Positions 1 to 13,500 of a DNA stretch of 64,000 nt are shown here, one piece after another. How positions within the stretch are numbered: the stretch's first letter is position 1; every line of letters begins with the position of its first letter. The notes beneath the pieces are model-generated. The model had not been told where the DNA came from. It ran no database searches and was given only the letters and a program-made list of their open reading frames with translations. The position numbers and the translations under genes were made by a program. The DNA is from Tubulanus polymorphus (Eukaryota > Animalia > Nemertea): positions 6,498,275 through 6,562,274 of the forward strand of contig NC_134032.1 of NCBI RefSeq assembly GCF_964204645.1, in the 5' to 3' direction.

Positions 1-277
1 GCCGTTTCAATTTAAGTAGACCTACCCAGAAATATTTATTTCTAGGAAAATTAATTCAATATCTACGACTGTATTTTTTTTGTCATTTTTCTATGGGCGT
101 AATAGAAAACTTAGGTGTCTCGTACCTATGCTTGTCAAATGACAAGAAAATTCAAAACCCAATCAATGAATCTAACTAAAGTGCCGCCAGACATAATTTC
201 TTGAAAAATTTATTCATTCTAACGTCGGAATTTTGTATATTTTTGTTTTTAAAATTTGCTTCTTATTTAAATTTAAG

Positions 278-956
278 GCGATACGACAGAGTTAGGCCTG
301 CCAGTAATTCCAGCATCAGTAGTACGTCCAACACCAGCACCACGTCCCCGAGTAATCTCAGCTGTACCTACTGCAGAAACTTCAGCACCAGTAATAGTGC
401 AGCCAATACCAGCGCCAGTAATAGTACAGCCAATACCAGCACCAAGAAAACAGGGCCCATTTGATTCTGCAGAAGTTGAGCAACAGTTGTTGGATTTTGT
501 AGACAATGGATCAGTGGGAGAAGTAGTAAGCTTCGACTGCTCTGCACTTGAAGGTATTATTGAATTAAGATAAAGTAATATTGAATTGTGATCATTGAGT
601 GTTGTATAGATTCATGTGCATTCCTTTCCAAATTTTGTTATTTTCCATATATTTGTATTTTAGAAGCGTTCCATTCAACTGCAATGACTAACCAGCTCCA
701 GACAAGCAACAGTGATGTGTCGACTGCAGTGTCTCAGTCTGTGGAAAATGTACCAGAAGGTAAATATAGTCAACTTTATAAGCAGGGGCTTGAGAGAGTT
801 CTATAATACCGTGGTGTCATCATTGCCCAGAATAGGATTTTGCTTAAAATAAGCTTTTTGTGAAAAATATTTATATGTTTTTCAGAAATAAGATGCAGTA
901 GCAGAAAGAGAAAGCTGACAGAGAAGATGTCATCATACCAAATTAAAAGAAAATGA
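278..956 (+). CDS. Last three exons (278-553, 664-759, 886-956) of an unidentified gene with a Pro/Val-rich, low-complexity C-terminus; possibly an accessory gene of the KDZ transposon
   Basis: AG/GT junctions are all phase 1 and give one frame: DTTELGLPVIPASVVRPTPAP...EAFHSTAMTNQ...EIRCSSRKRKLTEKMSSYQIKRK*. AATAAA at 992-997. Confidence 0.6.
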
Positions 957-1256
957 GAATTCTGTTGTTATTATAATGTAAATTTTTTCAAAATAAAATA
1001 TTTGAAGTAACGTACATAAATTTCCTTCCTTCGGTAATTGTAGACTTGTTGACATGTGATCACCACTTAAAGGACTCAAATGACAACACAGTAGCAGAAT
1101 ATAGAGAAAATGCTAGACCAGCAGAGCACTTTAATCCTGTGATCTACCAATAAGTCATTAATTTTATAACATCACTGCAAATTTATTTCCTTTTAACAAT
1201 TAAGTAATACAGCTCATAATCCTGAAGTGTTAGAGCATATAATCCACTTGACACAT

Positions 1257-4200
1257 TTAAGATAGTTTTTTACCACGGTTCTTGATTGCCAGAAACAATG
1301 CAATGTGGCGTATGAAGTTTTCCTGAGACATATATGCTAGCTGAGATTTCAACTTTATTAATCCAGCATTAGCTTGTTCATTCAATTGGGAAATAATACT
1401 TCTGATGTCATGGTTGGTATGATAAGTATCCACACAGTATGCTTTTGAACAACTGAAAAGAAAACATACATAAACATATAACAACAATTGGCAGTTGAAC
1501 AATGTTATAATTGTAGGGCAAGAAATGTTTTGAATGTATTGATCCACAGCTAGATTTTCGTAGTAACTGAAAATGTTTCGTAGTATTTAGAAATGTTCTT
1601 AATGTTGTTTCCGTATGCGTGGGGGTTACGTTAAAGCCGTCAGACAAGAACGTACTAGTAGTAAGAATTACGAAAGTTCTTGTTTGATGCTTTCATCTAC
1701 CAACGCAAACCATAAATCAGTCTATAAACAACAATTCTTTCTCGGTTCTTCTGCTTGAGATCTGGCAAACATTCAGAAAATCTTTATTTAAAACTTTTAA
1801 ATAGTTGGAACCATATTTGGTTGGGTCGGAACAATGTGTATTTATAATGAGGGTCGTGAAGGGATCACGCTGATACTTGATGATATTCCCAGCTACTTTC
1901 CGTAAAAGGAAAAACCGGAAGTTTAGGAAGATGTGGTTGTTTTGCTTATCCTGTATTAAAATAGAATTAGTTAAATTGTAGATAAAATAATTAGTATAAG
2001 TATTTCAAATAATTTAAGAATTGATAATCAATCACAATGTATTCCGAATCGTAGTTAATTATAATAATTAAAAAAGAAACAATGAATTTGTACTGTAATT
2101 AGAAAAGAAAACAAAGTTTTGAAAAGATATTTAATTTGAGTAATCTAGATGTTGTTTAAGAACAAATTGTTAATAACCGCTAATGTTTTGGAAAAATTAA
2201 TTTGTGTTAAATGTTAAAACTAGCTGTCTGAAGTTTCTGTTGTCTGTATGCGCTCGTTGGTAATTCACAGACAATAGCTGCTCTCTCAACAACGACTAGC
2301 AAGGAGTGAATAAATCACAACGCGTCATGACAGGAGGGTTGGAAGGAAAAAGTTAGTTTAGCAAATCAGTTTTGAAAATAATTTTAGATCAGCGAATCAT
2401 TAAGGCCAAATTCTATATGACCAAAACAGTCATGACAGTAAGGTTGCTGCTCCTTGCCAAAAGTCGAGTGGGAGAGTCGGTATTTTAAGAATGCCGATTC
2501 TTTCTATAAAAGGGACCCGCATCTTGAGAGAGAGTCAATCGGGAGAATCTGTACCTTAGTAAGACGAGTGTCGACAGCAGGACAGGAGAAGCTTCGGAAC
2601 GATAGGGATTCATATAATAGGGATTAGGGAAATCATTCTCAGGTTCAAGGTAAATAAAATATATTATCTTCAATATCATCATCCGGTATTTCAGTTTATT
2701 CATTCGGATTTGTGCACGGACACGTTCTCTCGCCAGGGCCTTACTCAAGTATTTTATAGATAACGATTAAAGAGAGGATTGTGACCGGTGTATCAGTATG
2801 TTTGATACATGCAGAAAATGTTGTTGCCTTAAAAGGCATACGGGCGTATTTTTTAGCAAATCGTCCAAAGCATAATAAAATAAATTAAATGAAGTAAAAG
2901 GAGGCTTAATTACCCGGTATGGTTCTTCCAGTGCATTCGATCTATTCAAAACATCGTGTTCATGAAAAACACAGGCTCCCTGAAAAATAGATTTCATAAA
3001 TAGATTTCATAAATAAATTTCATCCACCCCGACTGAGCGCTACTGTACGGAACTCAAATGACGAATGACGTTCGTCAACAGCACTGAACTAATAAATCAA
3101 CATTAGTATACCTGTTGAGACAGTAATTATCAAGTTTGCAGCAATTATCGTATACAATAAGTTCTGGTGCTCTTTGAAATCTATTCCTGAATATTTGAAA
3201 TGGTTGTTTTGGTGACTCATGATTTTTCATGACCTACAAATATGATAAAATAACTAAGTTAACTAAGTTAACACCCAGTTAAATTCACAATTCATTTTGA
3301 TTCAAAATTTCGGATTAAGCAAAGACAGAAATTGTACTTACTTGAAATCCATAGCAAATCCCATGATTGCAAAAAATTGTAAATACACTAGGCGTCAACA
3401 CCCTGTGTGAGTTTGACAGCTTGTGACAAACATCATCACCATCTCTGCACTTGTTGATTTTTTTGTTTTTTCGGTCAGCATTATAATTAGCATCACTAAA
3501 AATAACAATTTTAATAAATCTGTAATCACCTGCAAATTCTTTTCAAACAGTTATTTTGTGTACAAAATTTGTATTCGCCTGGATTAATGTCGGAAGGATA
3601 TAGAGGGTTGCAGCTATGAAATTTTGGTAAAGTTGGAAAGAAACCAAAACTTTTGAAAAGTTCTTCTTCAACCACACCTTGTCTGATTCCGACAGCTCCA
3701 TCATTATTCACAGACAACTGAAATAATGAGATTTTTAAAAATCCTAAAAATTGTTTGATAAAATCTTAGTAATAGTTGGCATTAACGTATTTAAAATCAT
3801 TAGCATAAACATAATATAACAAACCTTGTAGCAAAGTTTTGAACGGGATACAATATCTCGTCGGAAGTTTCTCTCTGTATCTGTCATACTTCTTCTACAG
3901 GTTACAACATATTCCATTACAATAGGCATGGCATTTAACAGTTTATTCACAGCATCTTGGTTTGATGATTCGAAGAATTGTGGATCATGAAGAGCGAGAA
4001 GTAAAAGATCCGTAATGAAATCGAAATTTGATGACTGTATTACACTGTAACACACTGGACTACTGGTGGATAATGCACGGAACAGTCTCCTTTCCACCGG
4101 TTTGGCATTCATAGCATTATTCTGTTCGACTAGACTTTTCAGATTAGCTTAATGTGGTTGCGATAATAGTTTCTTGAGTTCAACTTTCTGAGCAGACGTT

Positions 4201-4343
4201 AACGGTATAGGTTCTCTTGGTAACTGATGACTGCTAGGTGACTTATGATGGGCTTCAATACCACCAGCATACTGTCTTAACAATTTACGACAACGGACAC
4301 TCAGAATAATTACCCTATCTTTATGGTCAGTTCCATAAACAAC
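1257..4343 (-). pseudogene. KDZ (Kyakuja-Dileera-Zisupton)/HMGXB3-like transposase, 3' half, spliced, with premature stops
   Basis: Manually spliced exons give CHKLSNSHRVLTPSVFTIFCNHGICYGFQ|VMKNHESPKQPF..RFQRAPELIVYDNCCKLDNYCLNR|EPVFF..*IDRMHWKNHTG|CSKAYC..SQLNEQANAGL..LAYM. These are typical KDZ motifs (C-x-HG, YDxxC, DxxH..H, EQ). Stops at about 2946-2948 and 4149-4151. Confidence 0.8.
1574..2813 (+). mobile_element. Probable solo LTR (~1.24 kb) in a KDZ intron
   Basis: TG...CA ends flanked by a 5-bp direct repeat GAAAA (1569-1573, 2814-2818). TATAAAAGGG near 2505 and AATAAA near 2653. No internal ORF. Confidence 0.5.
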
Positions 4344-4576
4344 TGTTGAGTTATGTTCTCAATTTACTCATCTTAGTGTGAGAGATTGTTTATTGTTTAT
4401 ATACCGGGTGGATGCTGCATGTAACCAAGACACACATCTGTTTGTAATTATTCTTGCATCTCTTTGTATTGTGGTTAAATAAAGATTAGTACGAGTCAGA
4501 TAGTCAACGAAAGAAGACGTGTTATAGTTTCTCTGCTCAAGGATTTTCCCCCATCATGGAAGGACAAAACCCAACA
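4344..4576 (+). repeat. Copia 5' LTR
   Basis: TGTTGAG...CCAACA, identical to 15229-15461. Confidence 0.97.
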
Positions 4577-5023
4577 GGTTATGGGCCCAGGGCACCAGCT
4601 GGACGCTATGGTCGACTTAATTACGATGGGGATGAAAGAAAATACGAACAATGGGAGGCAAAGTTTTTGGCATATATGAAAATACAAAAACTTAAAGCGG
4701 TAATTACCCAAGAAGCGGAAATTGATGATACGGACCTGGATTTAGTCGACAAAAATGAACAGGCGTACGCAGAGCTCATACAGCTACTTGACGACAGGAG
4801 TCTGAGCCTGGTAATGCGTGAAGCTGCAGATGACGGTCGAAAAGCATTAGCGATTCTGCAACGTCATTACCAAAATGAGGGAAAACCGAGGATCATTTCT
4901 CTTTATACGGAACTGACCTCACTAGTCATGAAGCCAAGTGAAAGTGTGACGGACTATATAATCCGCGCAGAAACGGCAGCAACAGCTTTAAAACCTGCCA
5001 AGGAGAACATAAGCGATAGCTTA
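4556..5023 (+). pseudogene. gag: Copia gag N-terminal part, interrupted by the gypsy insertion
   Basis: YEQWEAKFLAYM..AYAELIQLLDDRSLSLV..DDGRKAL. Removing 5024-10384 rejoins ISDSL|LIAMVLKGLP in frame. Confidence 0.92.
4577..4590 (+). promoter_or_regulatory. Copia primer-binding site (internal/half tRNA-iMet type)
   Basis: GGTTATGGGCCCAG directly after the LTR, the PBS type used by Drosophila copia. Confidence 0.85.
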
Positions 5024-5496
5024 TGTTACGGATGAAACTCCAGGGCCGAAATACCCAATTCTTTTTCGGATCCAAGCTCCAGGGTCGAACTAAAACCCAT
5101 AAAACTAACGACGACACCAGACGTATAATATTACAAAGCACGTACATTTATTAAAGTACTGTGGCTGGGACTCACTGAGGTCAGTAAACAGATATTTATA
5201 TAGGTACAGTTTATAGGGGTAAGTCAAGTATAAACACTGAATGATTCACACTTATAACAGACTGAAGTCAGTATACCATATAAACACTATACATACCATA
5301 ACTATTCAATAACTGGGTAACACAACTGGGTAACACCCTCACCCTTAAAAGATTCAGAGATGTATTTCTAGAAAACATATATGTACATACATTCTACAAA
5401 ATTCGACAAAAATACAAACAAACACATATTTAATCTTCAGATCATAACAATTCGGAATATTTCAACAATACATTACACATTAATTATTACATGATA

Positions 5497-8400
5497 TTAT
5501 GAGCGAGAAAGGGCATCTGAAACCACATTACAGCGTCCTTTAATGTGTCTTATGTCTAAGTCATACGACTGCAATATCACACTCCAAGCCATGAGACGCT
5601 TATTCTTGTTCTGCATCTTGTACAAGAAAGTTAATGGATTGTGATCTGTAAATATAACTACTGGAAAGATTTTCATACTTGTATAAACATCAAAATGTTC
5701 CAAAGCTAAGATTATAGACAGACATTCTTTCTCAATTGTCGAGTAATTTTTCTGCGCAGCTACAAACTTCTTTGAAAAGAAACACAAAGGATGTTCCAAA
5801 CCGTCATCATCATCTTGAGCTAAAACTGCGCCAGCACCCGAATCACTGGCGTCAACAGTAAGCTTGAATTGTTTATCGAAATTTGGAGCTGCGAGAATAG
5901 GAGTTGACATCAACAAATGTTTTACCGATTGAAAAGATTTCTCACAAGTTTCACTCCAGTCAAATTTTGCATCCTTTTTCAGCAACTCGGTCAAAGGAAC
6001 AGTGACTTGTGCGAAATTTTTACAAAACTTTCTATAGTATCCCGCCATTCCTAAAAAACGCATGATGTCACGCTTGTTAGAAGGTGGTGAATACTCAATT
6101 ATAGCTTTGACTTTTGCATCTATGGGGCGTACTTGACCTTGTCCCACTATATGGCCTAGATATTTAACTGTGGCCTTACCAAATTCGCTTTTTTCTAAAT
6201 TAACAGTTAGATTAGCTTCGGTGAGATTATGAAACAGATCGTTTATTTGTTGTAGATGTTCTTCCCAAGTGTCGGAAAAAACAATGATATCATCCAAATA
6301 TACTACAACACATACTAGCCCGCGCACTACTTTGTTCATTAACCGCTGAAAGGTGGGGGCAGAATTCTTCATGCCAAAAGGCATTACACGATATTGAAAT
6401 AATCCGTCAGGGGTCACAAAAGCGCTTATTTCTTTAGCTCTTTCAGAAAGAGGTACCTGCCAGTACCCTTTTGTTAGGTCGAATTTACTGACATATTTGG
6501 CTCGGCCAATGCGATCAATAAGATCGTCGACTCGTGGCATTGGGTAACTATCAGACTTAGTCACAGCATTGACTTTTCTAAAGTCAGTTACAAAACGCCA
6601 CTTACTCCAGGTTTGGGTACTAGCAAGCAGGGAGAACTCCACTCACTTTCACTAGGCTCAGCTACGGCCATTTTAATCATAGAAATAACCTCCTGTTTCA
6701 TAATTTCACCTTTTTGTGGGTTCACTCTATAATGATGCTGTTTGATAGGAGTAGCATCCCCAACATCGACATCATGAGATGCCCAAGATGTTAGACCAGG
6801 TTGATCTGTAAAAAGATGTTTATTGTCGTTAATAAGTTACAATAATTGATCTTTTTCTTTTGAACCCAAATGACAAACTTTTTCATCTATATTGTTTATT
6901 GCCTTGCTGTTATTGAAACCAGGTACAATAGGAACTAATTTAGAACTATCGAAATCAGATTCTAGATGCAATGGATCTTCAATATAATTTGAAATACATA
7001 TTACATTAGAATTATTTTCAGCAATTGAAATCATACCGACAGACTGTGGACGATCTATGTAACGTTTCAACATATTAACATGGCATAATTGAGTAGCTTT
7101 TCTACGGTCAGGCGTTGAAACAATATAATTCACATCGTTCACTTTTTCTTGCACTACATACGGACCATGAAATTTAGCTTTAAACGGATGACCTTTCAAT
7201 GGAAATAACACCAAAACTTTATCATCTTTTTTGAACTCTCTATTACGAGCTTTTTTGTCATACCAGGTTTTCATACGTCCCTGTGCTTGCTTTAGGTGCA
7301 TACGCGCACATTCCCATGCAGAATAAAACCGTTCTTTGAAATTGGAAATATATGTTAACAAATTAATTTCATCAGTTTTATCAAGCCATCTTTCTTTAAT
7401 TAGTTTTAATGGACCTCTAACCTGGTGACCAAATACCAACTCAAAAGGGCTAAATCCCAGGGATTCTTAAACTGCTTCTCTCATAGCAAAAAGTAGAAAT
7501 GGTACTGCCTCATCCCAATCTTTCTCATGTTGTGTACTATATGTTCGAAGCATTGTTTTGAGGGTCTGATGGAAACGTTCAAGAGCTCCCTGAGATTCAG
7601 GGTGGTAAGCGCTAGAAATATTTTGTTTAATTCCTAACTGATACATAACCTGTTGGAATATATTGGATACGAAGTTCGAACCTTGATCAGACTGCACCGA
7701 TGTCGGTAACCCAAACAGCGTAAAAAATTTAACCAATGCTTTGCAGATAAGTGGTGCAGTTATATTCCTTAACGGTATAGCTTCAGCGAAACGTGTTGCT
7801 TTACACATTATTGTCAACAAATACTGAAACCCTGATTTAGTTTTCGGTAATGGACCTACACAATCGCAAATAACCTCTGCAAACGGCTCCCCGAACGCTG
7901 GAATCGGAATAAGAGGTGCAGGGGGTATTATCTGGTTAGGCTTACCAGACTCCTGGCATGGTCGACAGGATGCACAAAAATTTTGAACATCACGCTTTAA
8001 ACCAGGCCAGAAAAAATGATTTAAGACTTTGTTGTAAGTCTTGGTGACTCCCAGATGACCAGCAAGCGAAGTTTCATGAGCTAAACTTAAAATATCATTC
8101 CGATATGGTGTTGGAACAACTATCTGATGATAAACTTTCCATTCATTACTTGCTGGAACATCTGGAGGTCGCCATTTACGCATCAACACTCCAGACTGAA
8201 AATAATATTCAGGAGTACCAGTTAATGATTCAATTGAATCGGAAGCAGAATTTAAAAATGTCTTGAACTCTGGTTCGACATTCTGCAAATCAATAAGGTT
8301 TGACCTTGATGATACATCTTTATTAGATGAAATGAAACCGGTAGACGTTTCGTCAAAAATTCGACCAAGAAACGAATCACTTAAATCTACCATTTCATTA

Positions 8401-9825
8401 GAAAACTCTTTGTTTTCTAAACAGGGCTTAGATCCCATTATCTTATCAGCACATCGCGACATAGCAGTAGTAGTTACACATGATGGGAAAATTCCAGGAT
8501 ATGTTTTCTCTAAACTTTCAGTATCTACATTAAGTAGAGGATCTGTAGTGACTAAAGGGTTAATGTGTACTCTACCACCAGCCAAGTCATTACCGAGGAG
8601 CATAGATACACCCAAAATAGGTAGTGACGACTGAACGCCCACAACTACAGAACCGCGAACTAAATCAGAATCCAGATAAACTCTGTGGAGTGGAACTTTG
8701 TTAATTTCCGAACCTACTCCTCTAATGAGAACATGTTCACCGATAAAAGTACTACCAGATAACGGTAAAAGACTCTCCAACATTAAAGTTTGAGAGGCAC
8801 CCGTATCGCGAAGTAATTTAATACTCACTGGTTCATCGGTACTTTCGAATGACAATAAAGCATCTACTATAAATGGATTATAACTCTTGCTATACAATGG
8901 TTGAACTGCAGGGTTGGATTTAATACGTTGAGTTGCTGTAAGACCGATCGGTTTTGTCTCTGATCTCTGGTTCTCTCCCCTCTCATTCTTTTTCTGAAGA
9001 GAAAAACATGTACTTAGAGTATGACCGGATTTTTTACAGTAATTGCACCAAATACCTTTATTTCTTCTACTCTGAGTCCAATTTTGCGTATTACTATGAT
9101 TATTGAAATTTCTTTGAAATTTTGACACATTTCGAGAATCCGAAGCCGGAAAATTACTAGCAGAACTTGACTCAAAGCTGATTTTGTGTGTCAGAGCATA
9201 ATCATCAGCAGAGCTGGCAGCTTTTGACAAACTATCTATTTTCTGTTCATCGACATATGTTCTAATATCACTATTAATACATTGTTTAAATTCCTCTACT
9301 AATAACAATTGTTTCAAAGAATCATAGTCTTTTACATCTTTTGAATCACACCAACGACTAAATAACGTTTCCTTTTCTCTGGCAAACTCAACATATGTTT
9401 CATTGGGAGATTTTTTTCGATTACGAAACTTCTGTCTATAAGCTTCCGGTACAAGTTCGTAAGCTTTTAATATAGCAGTCTTAACTATATCATAGTCAGC
9501 ACTTTCTTCGGCATAGAGAGATGAATATGCTTCTTGAGCTTTTCCAATCAAAACACTTTGGAGTAGCAATGTCTCTAGGCCACTTTAGATTATTGGCTAC
9601 TTTCTCAAAATGTAAAAAGTACTTATCTATTTCAGCTTCTTGAAATTTCGGTACTAGACGTATGTGACGAGTGACATCGAACTCATTCCTATGTGCCGGA
9701 AAGCCTTGCGGAGCACGTGACTCCAACTCCAAAAAGCGCAGCTGATGTTCACTCTCAAGACGTTTGATTTCTAATTGGTGTTTGCGTTCTCGTTCTCGTT
9801 CCTTCGCTTCGAACTCGAGCTCCAT
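5497..9825 (-). pseudogene. pol: Gmr1-like gag-pol (SCAN-like capsid, CCHC, PR, IN, RT, RNase H), broken into four ORFs
   Basis: CNYCKKSGHTLSTC, LRDTGAS, AHE..GHLG..CASCRPC, DCVGPLP/SDQG/LERFH, GPY, YLDD, DASDSG. Frameshifts near 9570 and 6610; in-frame TAA at 7467 and 6837. Confidence 0.93.
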
Positions 9826-10046
9826 TCTACGAATTAATGTAGCTTCCGTTTCTCCGGCCTCATTTTCTGTCTTCTCAGGAATCGCCTGCTGCTTTTAAAC
9901 GTCGCTTAAAAGACCAGATTTGACGCAATGTTCTTTATAAAACAGCACAGATAACAACATAAGTACTGCAAAAACTTTTCCTCGTTTCATTGGTTCTGCC
10001 ACAAACACGTCCAAATGTGCAAAAAGTCGTCTTCAAAGTCCGTGGC

Positions 10047-10063
10047 TCCCGGACGAGCCCCCA
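10047..10063 (-). promoter_or_regulatory. PBS complementary to tRNA-Pro
   Basis: Minus strand reads TGGGGGCTCGTCCGGGA, 5 nt after the 5' LTR. Confidence 0.9.
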
Positions 10064-10384
10064 ATTTCTGTTACGGATGAAACTCCAGGGCCGAAATACC
10101 CAATTCTTTTTCGGATCCAAGCTCCAGGGTCGAACTAAAACCCATAAAACTAACGACGACACCAGACGTATAATATTACAAAGCACGTACATTTATTAAA
10201 GTACTGTGGCTGGGACTCACTGAGGTCAGTAAACAGATATTTATATAGGTACAGTTTATAGGGGTAAGTCAAGTATAAACACCGAATGATTCACACTTAT
10301 AACAGACTGAAGTCAGTATACCATATAAACACTATACATACCATAACTATTCAATAACTGGGTAACACAACTGGGTAACACTTA

Positions 10385-12650
10385 TTAATCGCGATGGTCC
10401 TAAAAGGTTTGCCGGATAGTTATAAACCTTTTGTGGCGATAATCACGCAGAAAGACGATGCCCAAACGTTCTTGGACTTTAAAAACGCCCTCAGAAGATT
10501 TGAGGAGACCGAAAAAGCGAGGAAAGATACGGCAGAATCATCAGATGATCATGTGATGAAAAACAGAAGTTTTCCCGCCAAAAATGTCAAGGACAGTCAA
10601 AATAGCGGGAATAGTAGTGGCCCTAAGTGTTTCAGATGTGGAAAGATTGGGCATTACAAAAAGGACTGCTACGCAAAATATTGTTCTACATGTAAGTCCA
10701 ATACCCATAGTGATGAAAATTGTCGCGCACAAAACCGCGGGAAAAACAACGGTCGAAAAGATAGATTTCATCGAGCGAAAGATGACGCCCGATCATCAGA
10801 TGACGACGGTAACGAACATTCATTCTCATTTCTATATAAAGCTGGGTGTGATTATAGAAAAATTCCTGATGTGAAATCTCAAAATATGCACATCCCGGTG
10901 AATGAAGATGCCCTGAAATCGTGTTCGAGCCGAAAGAAGAATTCAGATGATATGTTGGTGGATTGTGGAGCTACGTCTCATATACTTACGGACTTTGGAT
11001 TATTCACGAAATTTAATGAAACATTTGTGCCGGAAAAACACACAATTGAACTGGCTAATGGAGAGCGCTCAACAAATGTGGCCGAAAAATGTGGAGATGC
11101 AGTAATTAATTTAAAAAACTCTGACGGAATAAACGTGAAATTCGAACTCAAAGATGCTCTGTATGTCCCGATATATCCGCAGGACATTCTATCCGTTCGC
11201 GCTGTGACAAAAGAAGGAGCAACAGTCACATTCCGTCCCGAGAATGCAAATCTCAAGTTCAAAGGTAACATTTTTAACATTCATATGTCAGATAGATTGT
11301 ATTATCTTAGTACTGTGGATCAAAATGATTGTGATTATGTTAGCATCACTCGTGACCTTCAAAGTTGGCACGAGGTCTTAGGTCATTGTAATTATGAAGA
11401 TGTAATTTCATTAGAGCATGTAGTCGATGGTATGAAAATCAAAGGTGTCACAAAAATCCCCGATGGTTGTATTGTGTGTACTATGGGAAAGCAAACGTGT
11501 GGTCGGAGTAGAGAGGCAAGGGCTAAATCCAAAGCTCCCCTAGATTTAGTGCATACTGATTTGGCAGGGCCAATTGAACCGGTATCCACTGAGGGATTCA
11601 AGTATGCGATTTCCTTTACTGACGACTATTCAGGGGCTGTGTCTGTATATTTCCTAAAAGCAAAAAGTAACACGACTGAGGCTACGGAAAAATTCCTGGC
11701 TGACATGGCACCCTTTGGTAAGGTAAAAAGGTTGAGATCAGACAGAGGGTCAGAATTTCTGTCTAATTCATTCAAGTCACTTATGAGTAGAAATCGCATA
11801 AGACACGATACCAGCGCCCCCTATAGTCCTCATCAAAATGGTGTTAGTGAAAGGCATTGGAGAACACTATTCTCTATGGGTAGATGCCTGTTACTTCAGT
11901 CTGAGCTGCCAAAAGAAATGTGGCCGTATGCAGTTATGGCGGCAGGTTATATTAGAAACAGGTGCTACAATAACCGGTTGAAAAAGACACCATTTCAAGC
12001 AGTCACAGGTAGAAAACCTAATGTGTCAAATATACAATCTTTTGGGTGCAGGTGTTTTGCCTACCAACAAAAGAAAACCAAGTTAGACTCAAGATGTGTT
12101 GAAGGTATTTTTGTAGGATATGATAAAAACAGCCCATCATATCTGGTGTATTTTCCTGAGACAAAGTTCTGAGGTACAGGGTTGTGAAGTTTCACACCAA
12201 GAAGTTTGTAGAACAACAAACACAAACAGGTGCACATGATGATGATGTTTCTTTATGTGAGTTTCCAATAATCAAATCTGACACAAATAGCAGCTCAAAT
12301 GGTTCCAAAGTTCAACCACAATTAACAATTGTCAGTAACCAAGGGACCAGTAACTCACATGATGAAACTGATGAGTCGAGATACCCCAGGCGTGAGAGAA
12401 AGCCTCCTGCTTATCTAAATGACAATATACGTGATTCAGATTTAGAAAGTTCATGTAACGATGACCATATGTTATTTGTATCGAACTCAAATTTAGATTA
12501 TTTGTGTAAGACTAAAGTTCACCCTGTGAACTATAGTGAGGCAATAGCATCCCCTGAGGCACAGCAGTGGCACGAGGCAATGAAGGAAGAGATTAAATCC
12601 TTAAAAGAGAATGACACATACTCTTTATGTAAATTGCCAGAGGGTAAACA
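10385..12650 (+). pseudogene. pol: Copia gag C-terminus (two zinc knuckles), protease, integrase and start of RT
   Basis: CFRCGKIGHYKKDC, VDCGATSH, WHEVLGH..CIVC, HTDLAGP, SDRGSEF, NGVSER. Frameshift near 12165-12172. Confidence 0.93.
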
Positions 12651-13500
12651 ACAGTTAATAGTTTTTATTATCTTTATATATGTATAATACTGACTGAAAC
12701 CATGGCATTTAAAGACTAGTATCAAATGACTACATCATCACAATATGATAGATTGAGAATTGCAGACTTGAACCTGTTCCAGTTAACATTTCATACGTAG
12801 ATCAATCAAAACAACCCCAGGATAGAACGAGCTCATATTCACTTAACTTTAATCTCATTTCTCACTTTGATTTAATGTTTACAATTGATTGCTTTTCAAC
12901 TGAAACGATGGGTAGATCTTAGGAAGGAGCAATATTTACTAAAAACAAATCAGTTTAATATTTATAAACGCCTGAGATAAATAAATAAGTATACCCTAAA
13001 ACATCAACTTTACAGATCTAGGAAAATAATGTACATCAGATAAAAATGCCCCCCCCCTCCCCAAAGATTTGAATAAGACATACAGCAGACTGCACTCAAG
13101 TCTTATCTAATGATTTCAAGAGATAATTCGGGTGTTTTTTGAAATAGTTTTGTGACTGTAAAAATGGAATAGATAACATTAACTTTGATAAACCACCAGT
13201 CTGTTGGCAGTCCTAAAAGGTCCGACTTGAGTAGAGTCTACTGACTGTACTTCAATGCGGTGGTACAACCAACAAATATTCATCCTATCATTCATTATAA
13301 TAAATAATATCACAATATAATATTTTCATCTATCAATTAAAATGTTGTCAATCTCGGTTTATTTCTCGTACGACGTCGTCCCAATATTTCATGAATGTTT
13401 CACTACCTGATACGCCATCTTTTAACATACGATCAACAGCTTTAGCTCGGTCCATTCCGGACCAGAAATCTTCCTTCCAATCTATTACGTTCCTGTCATT
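12651..13500 (-). other. 850-bp non-copia insert resembling the 3' end of a cellular mRNA (coding end plus 3' UTR), antisense to the copia
   Basis: Flanked by direct repeat GTAAACA (12644-12650, 13501-13507). Minus strand starts in the open frame NDRNVIDWKEDFWSGMDRAKAVDRMLKDGVSGSETFMKYWDDVVREINRD* and has AATAAA 13 nt before its end. Confidence 0.6.
13083..13247. mobile_element. Tc1/mariner-type MITE inside the 850-bp insert
   Basis: TA|CAGCAGACTGCACTCAAGTC ... GACTTGAGTAGAGTCTACTG(ACTG)|TA. Confidence 0.55.

Larger units (their letters stand above)
5024..10380 (-). mobile_element. Gmr1-like Ty3/gypsy LTR retrotransposon (PR-IN-RT-RH order), defective
   Basis: 312-bp LTRs at 5024-5335 and 10069-10380 (one mismatch seen), 4-bp TSD CTTA (5020-5023, 10381-10384), tRNA-Pro PBS, PPT next to 5336. 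Confidence 0.95.

Noticed and set aside
201-506. 87-aa (+) and 77-aa (-) Ser/Thr- or Gly-rich ORFs
   Set aside because: Alternative frames of the spliced Pro-rich exon at 278-553.
4926-5147. Similar short ORFs at 4926 and 9935
   Set aside because: Chance ORFs in the duplicated Gmr1 LTRs.
7467-7469. Programmed read-through of the TAA in the Gmr1 integrase
   Set aside because: It lies inside the conserved IN core and other lesions are present, so it is more likely a nonsense mutation.
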